Assembly (NCBI RefSeq): GCF_009914755.1 | Contig: NC_060947.1 | Direction: 5' to 3' (one strand) | Origin: the human T2T-CHM13v2.0 reference genome, Homo sapiens | Length of the DNA: 64,000 bases | Shown: positions 39,901-52,669 of the stretch, piece after piece | Position numbering within the stretch: the stretch's first letter is position 1 | Layout: every line of letters starts with the position of its first letter | Notes under the pieces: model-generated | What the model was told of the DNA's origin: nothing | What the model saw: only the letters and a program-made list of their open reading frames with translations | Databases searched by the model: none | Made by a program: the position numbers and the translations under genes

Positions 39901-42900
39901 CCGGGACCTCCTCCAGGCCACAGGCAGAGTGCTGCCCGTGCCTACTTGGGATCACATTTCGTAACCGATTTTACCTTTTAAACTATGATGTGTCTGTTTT
40001 AAATTATGTGCTTCATTGGAACTAGTGAGCTTTCCAAATATTACTATATCATCTCTAAGGAATAAAGCTTTCCCTTTTGCTTAGTGAAATACAACATTTG
40101 GAAGGAAGTCACTGAAGGGTACTTTCAGGGCTCCCAGAAGCGGTCCTGGAATTACATGGAAGCACAGAAAGTACAGCAGCTGCTCACAACTATTCATCAA
40201 TTATAAAGCCATGTATGATCTGAATCTCATCACCAAAACCAGGCTTTTTCATAGGAGGTTTTTTCCTATGCATTAATTTTGTAATATGAAGTTCAATTTT
40301 CACATGGTGAGACATCAAAACTTCAAGGGGGCCTTAAACTTTGTTTTTAATTTTGATTGGCAGTGCTCATATCTAAGGTTTAAGTTCTGTTTGACTTCAT
40401 GTTCCTTGTCAGACAGTGATCTGTAAATAAGTACCACAATGTTGTCATGTTGGATACATATACACTATTAGATGTTTGTTTAAACATGAAACTTTTAAGT
40501 ACTGCTGTCAAAATGACTGCTGAGGTATGTGTGTATTTTGTTATTAATTAGTACTTTTGTTTATATTATTCATCAATCCATCCATCTGTCCATCCATCCC
40601 TATTTATCAATCTATCCATCCCTCCCTTCCTCCTGCTCTCCCTTCCTTCATCCAAACATCCACCTACCTACTAGTAAGCTACATATGGTGCTGCATTCCT
40701 CTAAGTAATAGTGCTGAGGTGGAGGTCAGTATCCCTTGTGCACCGCAGAGCTACTGTTTTACTGAATCGATAGTGCTCTGAAAATCAAACTATAAAACCA
40801 TTATTGATATAAACATGTTTATAACAAAACCCTTTAGAGTTACAAGCTAGGTAAATGAATGAACTACACCCCTAAATTGATTCCTTCTCCTATAGAGAAC
40901 AGCCTTTGAAAAAGTTATTTAACGACTTGGTTGGGGGGTGGGCAGGAAAGCTTCCTAACGAATTCTCTCTGTGTCATTTTACTCAATAAAAGTACATTAC
41001 GGGCACTCTTAGCATGCATATTAAAGTGTATGTATGTAAATTAAGTGGTGAGCAAAAGACTTCAAGACAGCTCAAAAAACCTTCCTGATTTCCTCTTTTA
41101 ATGGTACAGATGCCGCGTCCACCAATCTGTCAGAAACCAGTGAAAACCCAGCAAGGCCCTGAAAGGTGCTGACTGTCTTAAAGTCAAAAACAAACCGCAA
41201 GTTTCTAGATGGTCACTAGAATCATTTTCTTTTTCCACATCCTCTGAGTAAAACATGTGAAATCAATTCATCTTACGTAGCCTTCTGCATGAGACTCATG
41301 ATCCGCAAGTGTGACGGGAGGCCCCTATCGGTTTTGTGTGTTTAGAGGGACATTATGACTTCAGACAGACTCGGGAAGATTAGCCATGTACGGGATTAAA
41401 ATGCTCTAACCTGTAGAGCAGCAAGTTGTGTTTATTTTCAACAGCACTTTCGTTATGGAAAAACCACATTTAGGTGCCTTAGATGTGACTTGCTTGTGGT
41501 ATGCTTGCTGTATAATATGACTCCACACATTGTCAGGACAGCAAAAGCACAGCGATGTTTGCCTGCTTTTGAGAGAAGCTACAGAGGGGGCTTCCCCAAA
41601 CAGGATTATCACAGCATAAAGAGAGTGCCTTTGCTGGCCTGTGTGAGTGATTTTTCCATGTCATCTCCAAATGTGCCATGTAGAAGAAGCTGCCATTTAT
41701 AATGGGAACTGATAAACACAGAGAAAAAAGCCTAAGGAATTCATTGGACCTGGAGGGGATTAAAAGACTTCGTGATTAAATGAGCTGGTGGATGAGCCAA
41801 TGAGCTGTCTGTGTGGTGAGCACGTGGCAGCTGGCAATGCAGAGGCCTCTCTTCGGTCCTCTCCTTGGTCCTTTCCATACTGACACCCGTTGTGCATGGC
41901 CCAGCAACCTACTCAACAGGGGATGAGAGGCCTACAAAGCCAATGCCCTTCAGGATGGATTTATTTTCTGGTTTTCACAGGGATGCCCTCAGTTCTCCTT
42001 CCTGCAAATATAGTAACTGCTGACTCCTGAAATAAAAGCCGGTGTTTATAGCTGTGGTTGCAAAGTCAGTGTTTCCCAAACAAAGATGTGTTGCAGTACC
42101 AGGTGAGGCTTATGTTGTTTTCACTGGCCTCCCATGCCCATATTAACGTTCAATTCTAAATTGTCTAGTAGTAGAATGTTCATGAGGTAAGGGGTTTCTA
42201 GAATGTTCTGTGACACAGCAGTCCAGAGAAATTTTCCAGAAAAAGGAGATTCCTCCCATTAAATGAGGAACTGGGGACCTGCCATGTACAATTAGCACAG
42301 AAATGTTTCCAGAAGTGCTGCCATGGATAACTGTGTAGTTGAAACCTCACTGAGGCCTCTCAGGCATGGACACCTATCTTCAGAGCAAATCGATGAAGGT
42401 CCCGCAAAGCAGCACTCCGAGGAATCTATTTTGGGGACGTTTTCACAAAGAGTAGCTGAATGTGGCATGACTCACGTCAATGCAAATGCAATTCATTTGC
42501 CTTGTTTTCTTGAACTATTCTGAATCTTACCTGTAAATAACGACAGATGAGGCAGATTTCACCTTAAATGCCTATCCTCTTGCAGGAATGGTTGCTTACA
42601 TGGCATTGAGGCTACTGCTTAATTCAGAACTGAAGGGACCAGCTCTGTGAGGGCACCCTCCCTAGGCCCCTCGGCAATGGGCTCTGCTGACCACTCATGA
42701 CAAAATGGCGCCCAGGGCACCTGTGAGGGCAACACAGGGCCTGGTCCATCCCTCTCTCCTTTCCTTTAGATAGAGAGGGGCGTGAGCATATTCTCAATCC
42801 TGGAAAACAGAGGTGGAAGGCATCTTGCCTTCCTTTCTCTAACCTGAGATGCTGATGGAGCCTGGGCTAGAAGACTGACCTGGCTGTGGGGGCTAGAGAA

Positions 42901-42994
42901 GAGCGAGAATGTGCTGGATGTGGGGCCTGGCCTGAGGGTGGAAATTACTGGGGCTACTGACACAGTACTTGTCTGATACTGTGTATGACTAACT

Positions 42995-43205
42995 CAGTGT
43001 TTCTCAACCATTTCATTCATGATCACCCCCAAAAAAGCTTTTCCAGTTATTTTTCCCCAACAGTCTATCCCCATAACATGTTATAATAACACAGATACAC
43101 TATATTTTTCTGTATGTGTATTGGTGCTTGATACATTAAAAAAAAGTAAGGTTTCATTTTCACCTCCCCAAAGCCAATTTTTATACCTTGGGACAAAATG
43201 CATGG
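42995..43205. mobile_element. hAT-type MITE (MER96B-like)
   Basis: CAGTGTTTCTCAACC start; ACAGATACACTATAT...CTTGATACATTAAAAAAAAGTAAG body. Confidence 0.5.
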
Positions 43206-43929
43206 ACTATTCTATTCAATTTTACTCAGTTGAACAGTTTTTGGAGAACCTACTGAAACCACTCTCAAGGAAGGGTCCCACTGACCCAGGAGAAGAAGGC
43301 TTCACAGAGTAGGAAAGTAGCTGAAGATTTCAGAGAAAAACACTTTCACTACAGAGAAGAATCCCCCCACCCCCACCCCCGCTGCCTGGAAGATCACAAA
43401 TGAACTGTAACCTTCCAAAGTCAACACACAACATTTCATAACTATGACGTACTTGGGGAGCTGTTCAATTGCATGGAATAATTCATATATTGAAGAATGT
43501 GGAGAACAAACAAATGAATCTCTGACAAATAACACTATTCCAGGTAGCAGTCTTTAAATATGCCCTCCCACCAACTTCAAATTTTATAAATGAATGAATC
43601 AATGATATCCAGTGCTTGGCAGATGGGACATGCTCCGTCGCTATCAGCTATTATTATGATAATGGTGATCCATTCTGTAGACGTTACAAAAAATTCACTA
43701 TGAAGTTTAAAATTACTCAAGCTCGTGTTGGGACTGGGACTAGCACCTTATATTCTAGTGACTATGCCACTAAATATCTCAATTACTAGCCAGGATATTG
43801 ATAAACTGCAAATTAATGGCATTTGTTTCTTCCTGTTTTTTTGTGAGATTCATCAGAAATGCATATTTATATTAGAAGCTGGGCTTTAATCAATAGCTAT
43901 CAGCAATTCAAGCATGTTAGACATATTTT

Positions 43930-44560
43930 TAGGAAATTAACACCTACATAAAGTACTGTCTTGGGCAGGCAGAAGACAGAAAGCAGAGCAGACAGCTCTC
44001 CAGCCTCCCTGGAGTTCATGGTCTCCAAGGCAGGAAACATGCACTGGGGAATCCCTGCTAATACAGGCCCACTGTGGGGAGCCCTGTTTGAGGCACACAG
44101 TCCTCTGGAGCAGGGACAGCAGTCCATTCACCAGGATTTGGAAGGTGGATTTGAAGGAGTGGGTTTAGGGAAGATGACTCAGGGATTTCTGGTCAGAGGC
44201 AGGTCATGAAAGACAGGCATAATCGCACATGATGTATGTAGCCACTGGGAAATGGAAGGTGTGTGTGGGGTGAGAAATGCAGGCAGAGGGAAGAGCTTAG
44301 CAGAGACAGCTACTGGCTGCACTCCAGTGTGGAGAGGCTTGTCAGGATGAGATGGACATGCAGAAAAATAAACATTGTACTGGGGGCAGGCAGAAGACAA
44401 GGCCCCAAAAGGAAACCAGAAGTAATGAGTGAGGTAGGGAGCAAGGGGTCAGGCTGAGAGGTCTGTGCTTTACGAGGTGGGTGGGGAGGGAAGCTGGGGA
44501 GGGTGAGATGAGGTCAGAGCAGGGCAACTGGGCATATCAGTGTTTTAGAAACATCAAAGA
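43930..44560 (-). mobile_element. L2 fragment
   Basis: CACCTACATAAAGTACTGTCTTGGGCAG...CAGCCTCCCTGGAGTTCATGGTCT, with a purine-rich continuation. Confidence 0.55.
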
Positions 44561-44999
44561 AGCAAAACCACTGATTTACCAAGAAACTCTGACCATTGTT
44601 AAAGGCAGTGCCCCCCTACCCTAGCAGTATTGTTTATGTCTAGTAAGATTATTCGAGAGCATGACTGCTTAATTTTTTTTTTTTTTTTTTTTTTTGGAAA
44701 TCCAAAATACAACTCATCCACTGAAATACCTGGCTTAGTGTCAAATGTTTTATTCTGCAATGGTGGCTTAATTCAGATGGGTTGGTTACATGCTACCTGC
44801 TATTAAGATGGCCTCATGCAAACTGTCATTCTTTGAAACTGCTGGTATGTGGAGATTGCACAACTTCATGTACAAATGCACATGGAACCAGAGAAACCAC
44901 TTAGCAGTTACACTGGTACAACAACACCATACAAATGAATTACAAAGCAGCCCTCAAGAGATGTTACACACGTGATAACAAGTAGTCACTGCTGGCCTG

Positions 45000-45050
45000 T
45001 CATTTTAGCAATTTATAGTTTGCTTGATATATGTGTCTGTGTGTATGAAT
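45000..45050 (-). CDS. Candidate second alternative PUDP last exon (16-aa C-terminus)
   Basis: Acceptor CAATTAATTTTTTCTCATTCTTTAG|ATT; reads IHTHRHIYQANYKLLK*; minus-strand AATAAA at 44749-44754. Confidence 0.4.
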   Translation of the reverse strand: MHTHRHIYQANYKLLK

Positions 45051-45435
45051 CTAAAGAATGAGAAAAAATTAATTGTGTAGTGATTCATTTATCAGGAGTC
45101 ATACTTAATAAAATGGAACAAAAACATCACAAACAGGTAAAGCATGGAGATTCTGTTGGGTTAATGGTCTTTGTAATTGCAAAGGAAAATGATGTTACTA
45201 TCACTTTTGGGTGTTCAATTCAGCTTATCTGAAGGGGCTGGAAAAAGATCAAGTAATTACTAACCATACTTGACTTTGAAATGCGTTCACACACCTATCC
45301 AGTTGATGTGGGGAGAAGAGAGTGTAGGAGGTACCGTGCTTCCTGTCTAGGGAGATAAAGTCTCCCCTTTCATTCTATTAGCTATGGGAATACCAGATAA
45401 TTATGTTTTTTAAATACTACAAGTATAATATTGTT

Positions 45436-45731
45436 TGTTTGTTTTTGAGACAGGGTCTCACTCTGTCGCCCAGGCTCGGGTGCAGTGGTGCAATCACAGC
45501 TCACTGCAGCCTTGACACCCCCAGGCTCAGGTGACCTTCCCACCTTTGCCTCCCAAGTAGCTGGGACTACCGGGAAGCACCACCATGCCCGGCTAATTTC
45601 TTTTTGTAGTTTTTGTAGAGATGGGGTTTTGCCCTTTGCCCGGGCTAGTCTTGAACTCCTGGGCTCTAGCAATCAAGCTACCTTGGCCTCGCTAAGTGCT
45701 GGGATTTCAGGTGTGAGCCACTGCACCCAGC
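45436..45731 (-). mobile_element. AluJ
   Basis: J diagnostics; TSD TAATATTGTT. Confidence 0.92.
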
Positions 45732-46865
45732 TAATATTGTTAGATTATGTATTCATAAGCCTATGAACTATTGCATAGTCCACTTGTAAATGACAACTAC
45801 AAAAATCTATGAATGGCTGCGTAATTCATCCTATAATCATGACGACTGTTTACTACAGTCGTTATTTTGAGCATATATATAAGAGAAAAACAGTACGTAT
45901 TCAACGTTTCTCTTTATGTTGGGATATGCACTGGAACTTCCTTCTCATAAAAAGAACAGAACGTGAACAGAAGGCTCTTACAAGATGGAAGAGCCCACTC
46001 TCTAGTCATGGGGTCACTTATGGGACAAGTACAAAGATTAAAACCAGCACACACTGCCAAAAACTATCAAAGATAGGCAAGCTGTTGATCCGCATTTATT
46101 GGATGTCTACTGAATAAATAATGAGGGCATTCTACATTCCGAGGTCGTGAACAGCCCATATTCCCACTTGGGAACACAACCAGAAACCGTAGTTCCTAGT
46201 CATTTCATTGTTCAGGTGTGGTTTCTCAGTATTAATACAGGGAGGTAGGGAAGAGGAAAGGAAGATGTGGGGGTGAAGGGAAAGATTGTCCCCCTCCTCG
46301 CTCCTATTTAGGAATAAATCAGGTGGGAGATGTGCTTCCGTAACCAGCTGGACAGTCTGTGTCCCTGAGAGGTGCCCAGAGGGTCCCAGTTTGCACCAAC
46401 CTCTCCTGAGTCATGCTGGAACCTTCTTTCTAGAGAGCTGTGTTTGGAGAACGGCACACAGAGCCCCTTGACTCCTGGGCCTCCAGCATCTCCCAGGAAG
46501 ACCTCCAACAGTATGTGATTAAACTATAGACATGCAGCTCAAATAATACTCTGGATGAGCCACAGAACATGTCTTCTTTTCTACAGAAAACGTATTTTCT
46601 TAACCCTTGAATAAGCTAGGGATACAAGATCCATTCAAAGTTTAAGGCTCGGTAATAGATTTGAAGATACACGAGGAGGAAAAGGTTACTGATAGGGCTT
46701 CAATTTCCACATAGCAACTAACTCTTAAGAAACTATCACTTGCTGAATTCTGGTGTAGTAAAACAGCTACACACAGAAATAGAGCTAAAGAAAGAAAAAT
46801 AGTTAACATTATCTTAAAAGACTTAAAATATCCCTTCCTTTTCAAACTAGGTTCTATATAAGAGA

Positions 46866-46974
46866 CGTGATCTCAGCTCACTGCAACCTCCTCCTCCTGG
46901 GTTCAAGTGATTCTCCCACCTCAGCCCCCCTGCCCCCAAACCAAAAAAAGAAAAAACAAAAAACAAAAAACAAA
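46866..46974. mobile_element. Minus-strand Alu right-arm fragment joined to a plus-strand A-rich tail
   Basis: CGTGATCTCAGCTCACTGCAACCTCC...CACCTCAGCC, then AAAAAAAGAAAAAACAAAAAAC. Confidence 0.7.
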
Positions 46975-48142
46975 CTCGGGCTTCTCATTCTCATTAGCCA
47001 CTTCTTCTGGGGACAGCTCTAGGGGTAAAGGGTCCCACCGTTCCCTACCTGCTGGGTAATCAGATCCCTTCAAAAAGATGCTTTCGAGTTTTTGTCCAGT
47101 TTTTCTCACTGTTCTTAAGGGGAGAGTTAGCGCAGCTTGCTTAGGTCCTATCACCAGAAGGAGACTTGGTTCGAGTTTTACATGTTAATATTTGATTGGA
47201 GTAGGATTCACCTTAGTGTTGGAAGTAAGCCAGAGCCTTGGGGTTTATGTCCCCCTCTCCACTGGCAAGACATCTACCCCGGTATTATTTCCTGACTGAT
47301 CCATCTGTTTCACAACAATCTGAAATGCCACCTTGATCCTCGCATAAATCCCCAAACATAACGAGGCTGAATTCACTGGTTATTCTCCCTATTCTAGTTT
47401 GGGTGAGGGCAAGTCCGAGAATGTGTACACAAGCATTGTGGAGGCCAGATCGGGTGAGGAAGGTACAAGGAAGGTACAACATGTCCAGGGGTGGGAGAGT
47501 TCACGGGCTTTATTGCAAATTAGCCCAGGCCAAACACTTTTAAAAAGCGGATTCCTCAACTACAGCAATGTTATGCAATGCAAGGTGGGGAGCCATACAT
47601 ACAAACAGCACTAGTGCTACTTATGGGTCACGTGTTCTCTGTATTCAATACACCATTCTCCTCCAATCGCAGTGAAGAGAAACAATGCCCAAATTTGCCA
47701 ATAATCTGTGGTACTACATTAAATGAGATGCTAAACATTTAGCAAGGTTTTAGCCCAAAACATCCAATAATTATTAGTAATAATTACTAGTTAAAAGCTA
47801 AAAGATATTTTGAAAATTGACACAATTGTAAAAGATAACTGGTAATGCAGGACCAACGAACTTGATGCACTAGTGTATGGGGGAATAGTGACTAGATTGT
47901 ATTTTTACTGGCTAGTTGTCTGAAACCTTGCTATCAAAAAGACTCAGTGAACACAGTATCATTACAAAAAATGCACAGCTGGTCACCAGCCAACCTAATG
48001 AAATGCCCCGAGTAGGGTAGTGGCATTTGTACTAATAGTGGCTACTAGTTCTTTTAAAAAGTGTTTCAAGGAACTACGAGGCATGGATTTTTTTGAGGCA
48101 TTTGAGTGACAGTCCAGAAATAAAAAAATACATGTTTTAGAG

Positions 48143-48481
48143 CAGTGGTCCCCAGCATTTTGGCACCAGGAACCGGTTTCGTAGAGGACAATTTTTCCTA
48201 GATAGGTGGGGGGTGAAAGGGGCTGGTTTTGGGATGAAACTGTTCCACCTCAGATCATCAGGCATTAGATTCTCATACGGAGCACACAACTCAGATCCCC
48301 TGCATGTACAGTTCACACTAGGGTTCAGGCTCCTGTGAGAATCTAATGTGGCCTCTGATCAGACAGGAGGCGGAGCTCAGGTGGTAATGCTGGCTCACTC
48401 GCCGCTCACTTCCTGCTGTGCGCCCTGCTTCCTAACGGGCCATGGAGTACTGGTCCATGGCCAGGGGATTGGGGACTCCTG
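48143..48481 (+). mobile_element. MER1B hAT-Charlie MITE, full length
   Basis: CAGTGGTCCCCA...TGGGGACTCCTG TIRs; 339 bp; 8-bp TSD TTTTAGAG. Confidence 0.93.
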
Positions 48482-48648
48482 TTTTAGAGGATGCAATAAA
48501 ACATATATGGAGACTGCAATTTTTTGGTTTACAACTTCGGGGAAGTTAAAGGGCCAAAACCAGCACTGCTATAAAGATTAAGCTATTAGATGTTTTTTGC
48601 TGGAAAGTATTTCCAGAGACATGAGCTTTTTCCATAACACATATCAAT

Positions 48649-48701
48649 CACACACACATAAACACACACACGTGTGCGCACATGCATGCGCACACACACA
48701 C
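48649..48701. repeat. (CA)n/alternating purine-pyrimidine tract
   Basis: CACACACACATAAACACACACACGTGTGCGCACATGCATGCGCACACACACA. Confidence 0.85.
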
Positions 48702-49528
48702 AGTGCTGATTAAATGAAGTTTTGTTACATTTTCCATTGTCATACAAGTATCTGCCTTTAAAAGGGAAATAGTGGACCAGGGATTCATCCATCATATTTT
48801 CTCCACACAAAGCACAGGGCACAGTGCCATCCTGGAATTTCTCCAGCCAAGCATAAAGAAGATATCTGAAGGCAAGACATATGAAGAGTAATTATGAGAG
48901 GACAGAACTTCATTCTGTTCTGAGATTTGCTGTTTTTCTCTAGCATTTAGTGAAATTATTTCTTCACTTCTCTGCATTTGACAGAGTGCAGAAGGGCCTC
49001 ATGCCTCTAATTTGTGTTTTCCCAGAGACCCTCATGCCCCAGGAATGGCTCAGCTCTGGCGTAATTCTGCAGAACAGTACAGGGGCCCGTGTGCATGCAA
49101 CCTGTGTCGAGGTCTCTGCAGGGCTGTGAACTAGAAATCAACACTGCAGTGCCCCAAGTTCCCCAAGAATGACGAGCAGCTCTCCATCAAAGGAGGACAG
49201 ATTCTGCCGCTGACTGTAAGCCCTGGAAACCAGTCTGGAGGAACGCAGGTGGCTGTGGGTCTGCCAAGAAGCCAGAACACTTACTGAGCTGTGACCTGGC
49301 CAAAGCACAGCTCCACCTCCTATCAAAGCTGATGATGTACCCAAGGGGAGAGGGAGAGCCTGAAGGTGAAAAAGACAGCCTCCCCATTGACATCACTGCA
49401 GCTGTAGTGGCAGGAGATGGAGACAAGGATCACGAGACTAAGTGTCAGTCAGGGTTTGTGAAATAACAGTACAGAAGAGGAATGCCTTCTCTATTTGTGG
49501 GGAACACCACGGGAAAAGAAAAAGAAGG

Positions 49529-49897
49529 TGATATGGTTTGGCTGTGTCCCTACCCAAATCTCATCTTGAATTGTAGCTCCCACAATTCCCACATGTTATG
49601 GGAGGGACTCGGTGGAAGGTAATTGAATCAGGGGGGTAGGTCTTTCTCATGCTGTTCTCGTGATAGTGAGTAAGTCTCATGAGATGTGATGGTTTTGTAA
49701 GGGAGAGATTCCCTGCATAAGCTCTCTTTTTGCCCACTGCCATCCATGTAAGACATGACTTGCTGCTCCTTGCCTTCCGCCATGATTGTGAGGCCTCCCC
49801 AGTCATGTGGAACTGTGAGTCCGTTAAACCTCTTTCCTGTATAAATTACCCAGTTTTGGGTATGTCTTTATTAGAAGCGTGAAAACAGACTAATATA
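49529..49897 (+). mobile_element. THE1B solo LTR, antisense to PUDP
   Basis: TGATATGGTTTGGCTGTGTCCC start; 5-bp TSD GAAGG; TAATTGAATCA at 49620-49630. Confidence 0.93.
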
Positions 49898-51369
49898 GAA
49901 GGCCACACTATAGCTGGGAATGTAGGGTTTCTTTGCCAAAGTTTATAAGAACTGAAAATCAAAGAGCAAGAAATAACTACTAAATTCTAATAAGAAATGA
50001 CATTGGCTATTATTAAAACTAAATGACAGTGTGTGCTCCTAAATCACTCGGTATTCCTGGCATCTTGCAATCTGATAAAATGGCACGTACACGAAAGGTT
50101 CAATAAAAGCTTACAGAGGGGAATTGAGTCCCTTGGTGTGAATCTGTTTCTTTACCTACAGAATCAGTGACTGGATTCTGTGTCTATTGGCTTCTGCTTC
50201 CGTATATCGTGCATTGATAGCCTCTGATTTGGGTGTGGGGACAGGGGAGGAGTCTGTGTTCTCAGGCTGGGAATGAGACCTTGAAGTCAACATAGCAGCT
50301 GCTACCTACAGCCTCAATTCAGGAAGGGAAGAAACGTACAAATGAGGACAAGGGAGGTTTTCAGAAGAGAGGGCCTAAGAAGTGGATGGATAAAGGAGGT
50401 TGCTGGCTGCAGACGGCATGTGAGGAGAGAGAATCCTCGTGCAATGAGAAGCTTCAAGGTTGGCTGAGGGACTCCAGGGTGCCTGGAGGGACAGGAGCAG
50501 GCTGAAGGAAAATGTGGGAAAATGGAGTGTTGGCCGTGTTTTCAGAGGTGCTCATGACTTCCAGGCAGTGCAGATTCATGAGCCTGGGGCTCAGACAAGC
50601 AGCAGGGTCCCCAAGAGTAGATTTAAGGTAGGAGAACCTCTATTGAGACTCCTAGTAAGTGTGGCCTGGCTGAACTTTTACATAAGATTTTCCCAAGGCC
50701 CCTTTCCAGACCACTGGGCCCAGGACTCTACCCATGTCCAGAAACCAAGATTTGAGTCAGGCACAGTGACAACAAGTAGCAGATAAGATCACCCAGGGGG
50801 ATGGGACAGAGTGAGATGAACACCAAAACAACACCTGCACACACACAGATGCTGACATTTGGGGATTGCTGAACCGAGTTCCTGGGTGAGAGGAAGTGCA
50901 GAGAGAAACAGTGGGAGCAGTGGATGAGGGCGGATGGGCATGGTGCAGCCAGCAGAGGGAGACGTTGCAGAGGAGCGTGGGAAACGGATGTCTGTGGTTT
51001 CAGCAGTCAGGAGCGGCAGATGCCAGGATGAAATGCCCCCCGAGGCGAGGTGAGGAGGCGAGGATGCAGTCAGAAACAGGGATTGTGGCACCTGGCAGCT
51101 AATGTGGGAACAAGACTGAGGGACACCGAGGTCATCTGGGAGAGCAAGATGCCCCAAGGCTAGTGTTCTGGACACGGACGTAAGGCTACTCGGGCTGGAT
51201 AAAGGCAGGACCTGAGAACCAGGGGCCGGGCACCTCAGGGTTGTTTAGAAACAAGGATGCCACGTGCGCTCGGCAGGCAGAGGGCCTCTTATTAGTGCTG
51301 GGTGCTGGGCATTCAGAGAAGGGGGCAGGGGAGTAATGATGGGGTGTTGGGGAGAAGCAGATGGGGCCT

Positions 51370-51917
51370 CCATGGACTGAGGAACATGCCACAGTGGCAT
51401 GAGGGTTATTAGAGCTGAAGACAGTAAGCATCAAGTACAGGAACAGAAGGCTTCTGCACTCCCTTCCCTTTCTAAGGAAAGCCTTCCAGAAGAATTCAGC
51501 CCTCAGCCCTCATACATCCAATGCTCAGGAGTTTCACAACCAGGGAAGTGTGAGTCTTATCACCAAAGATAAGAAGTCAGCACCTGTCACACCTAGATGA
51601 GAAATCGCCCCAAAAGATGTTGTTATAAAACTATCTTATCCACCATCTAGTCTCCTAACGGCCCACTTAGTTTTCCTAAAAGTTTTCCTAAAAGTTTATT
51701 CTTCTGTGTGTCCTTCTGCCTCTCTCCCATCCATGTTAAGATGACATACAAATCCGAAATTCTAACTGCCTCCTTGAGTCACATTTTTCTGTGAACTCCT
51801 TCGTTGTATGTAAATACAAATCTATCTTTACTCTTGATAGTCTGTCTTTTGTTAGTCTGATTTACAGGCCCCCAATCACTGCACCTAAGAGGGTAGAGGA
51901 AACACATTTCCTCTGAC
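51370..51917 (+). mobile_element. MER34-family ERV1 LTR
   Basis: GGCATGAGGGTTATTAGAGCTGAAG...CTGTCTTTTGTTAGTCTGATTTACAGGCCCC...CCTAAGAGGGTAGAGGAAA. Confidence 0.65.
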
Positions 51918-52367
51918 AGTGAAATTTGGTTTAAGCAAGTGCCCTCGTGCCAGGAAATTCAGAAGGGACACCAAGCCCAAAGGCAAGTTCAATGAAAGAA
52001 AAGAAGTGTAAGGACAGTAACCGTGAAGGTCCTTGTTATTACGGTTTTTTAAATAACGAAAGAAGGGAGAAAGGGAAATGAAATAATACCAAGGACAAGT
52101 GAGCAGAGGCATGCCTATTTTGTTCAGCGATGATGGGTGACAGGAGGAGGTGGCCTTGAGGCTGGAGCAATGAGGACCCAGGCTGTGGGGTCCTGAGGCC
52201 CACAGAGGGTGGCAAACAATGGCAGGTGACGGTCCTCACCCTCTGGAGCAGCTCCAGTGTGGCTGTGCCCGTAACTCAGTGTTGCAGGGTAAGAAGCTGA
52301 TTCAAGAACATCTAATCTCCCCAAAACCAGAGGTCCAGCAAAGCTCAGCTGGTCACCAAATATTAAC

Positions 52368-52669
<302 letters not shown>

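Noticed and set aside
44673-45130. Processed pseudogene (poly-T plus AATAAA)
   Set aside because: The AATAAA is ~55 nt from the A-run, and I see no TSD or parent coding sequence. It fits an intronic terminal exon better.
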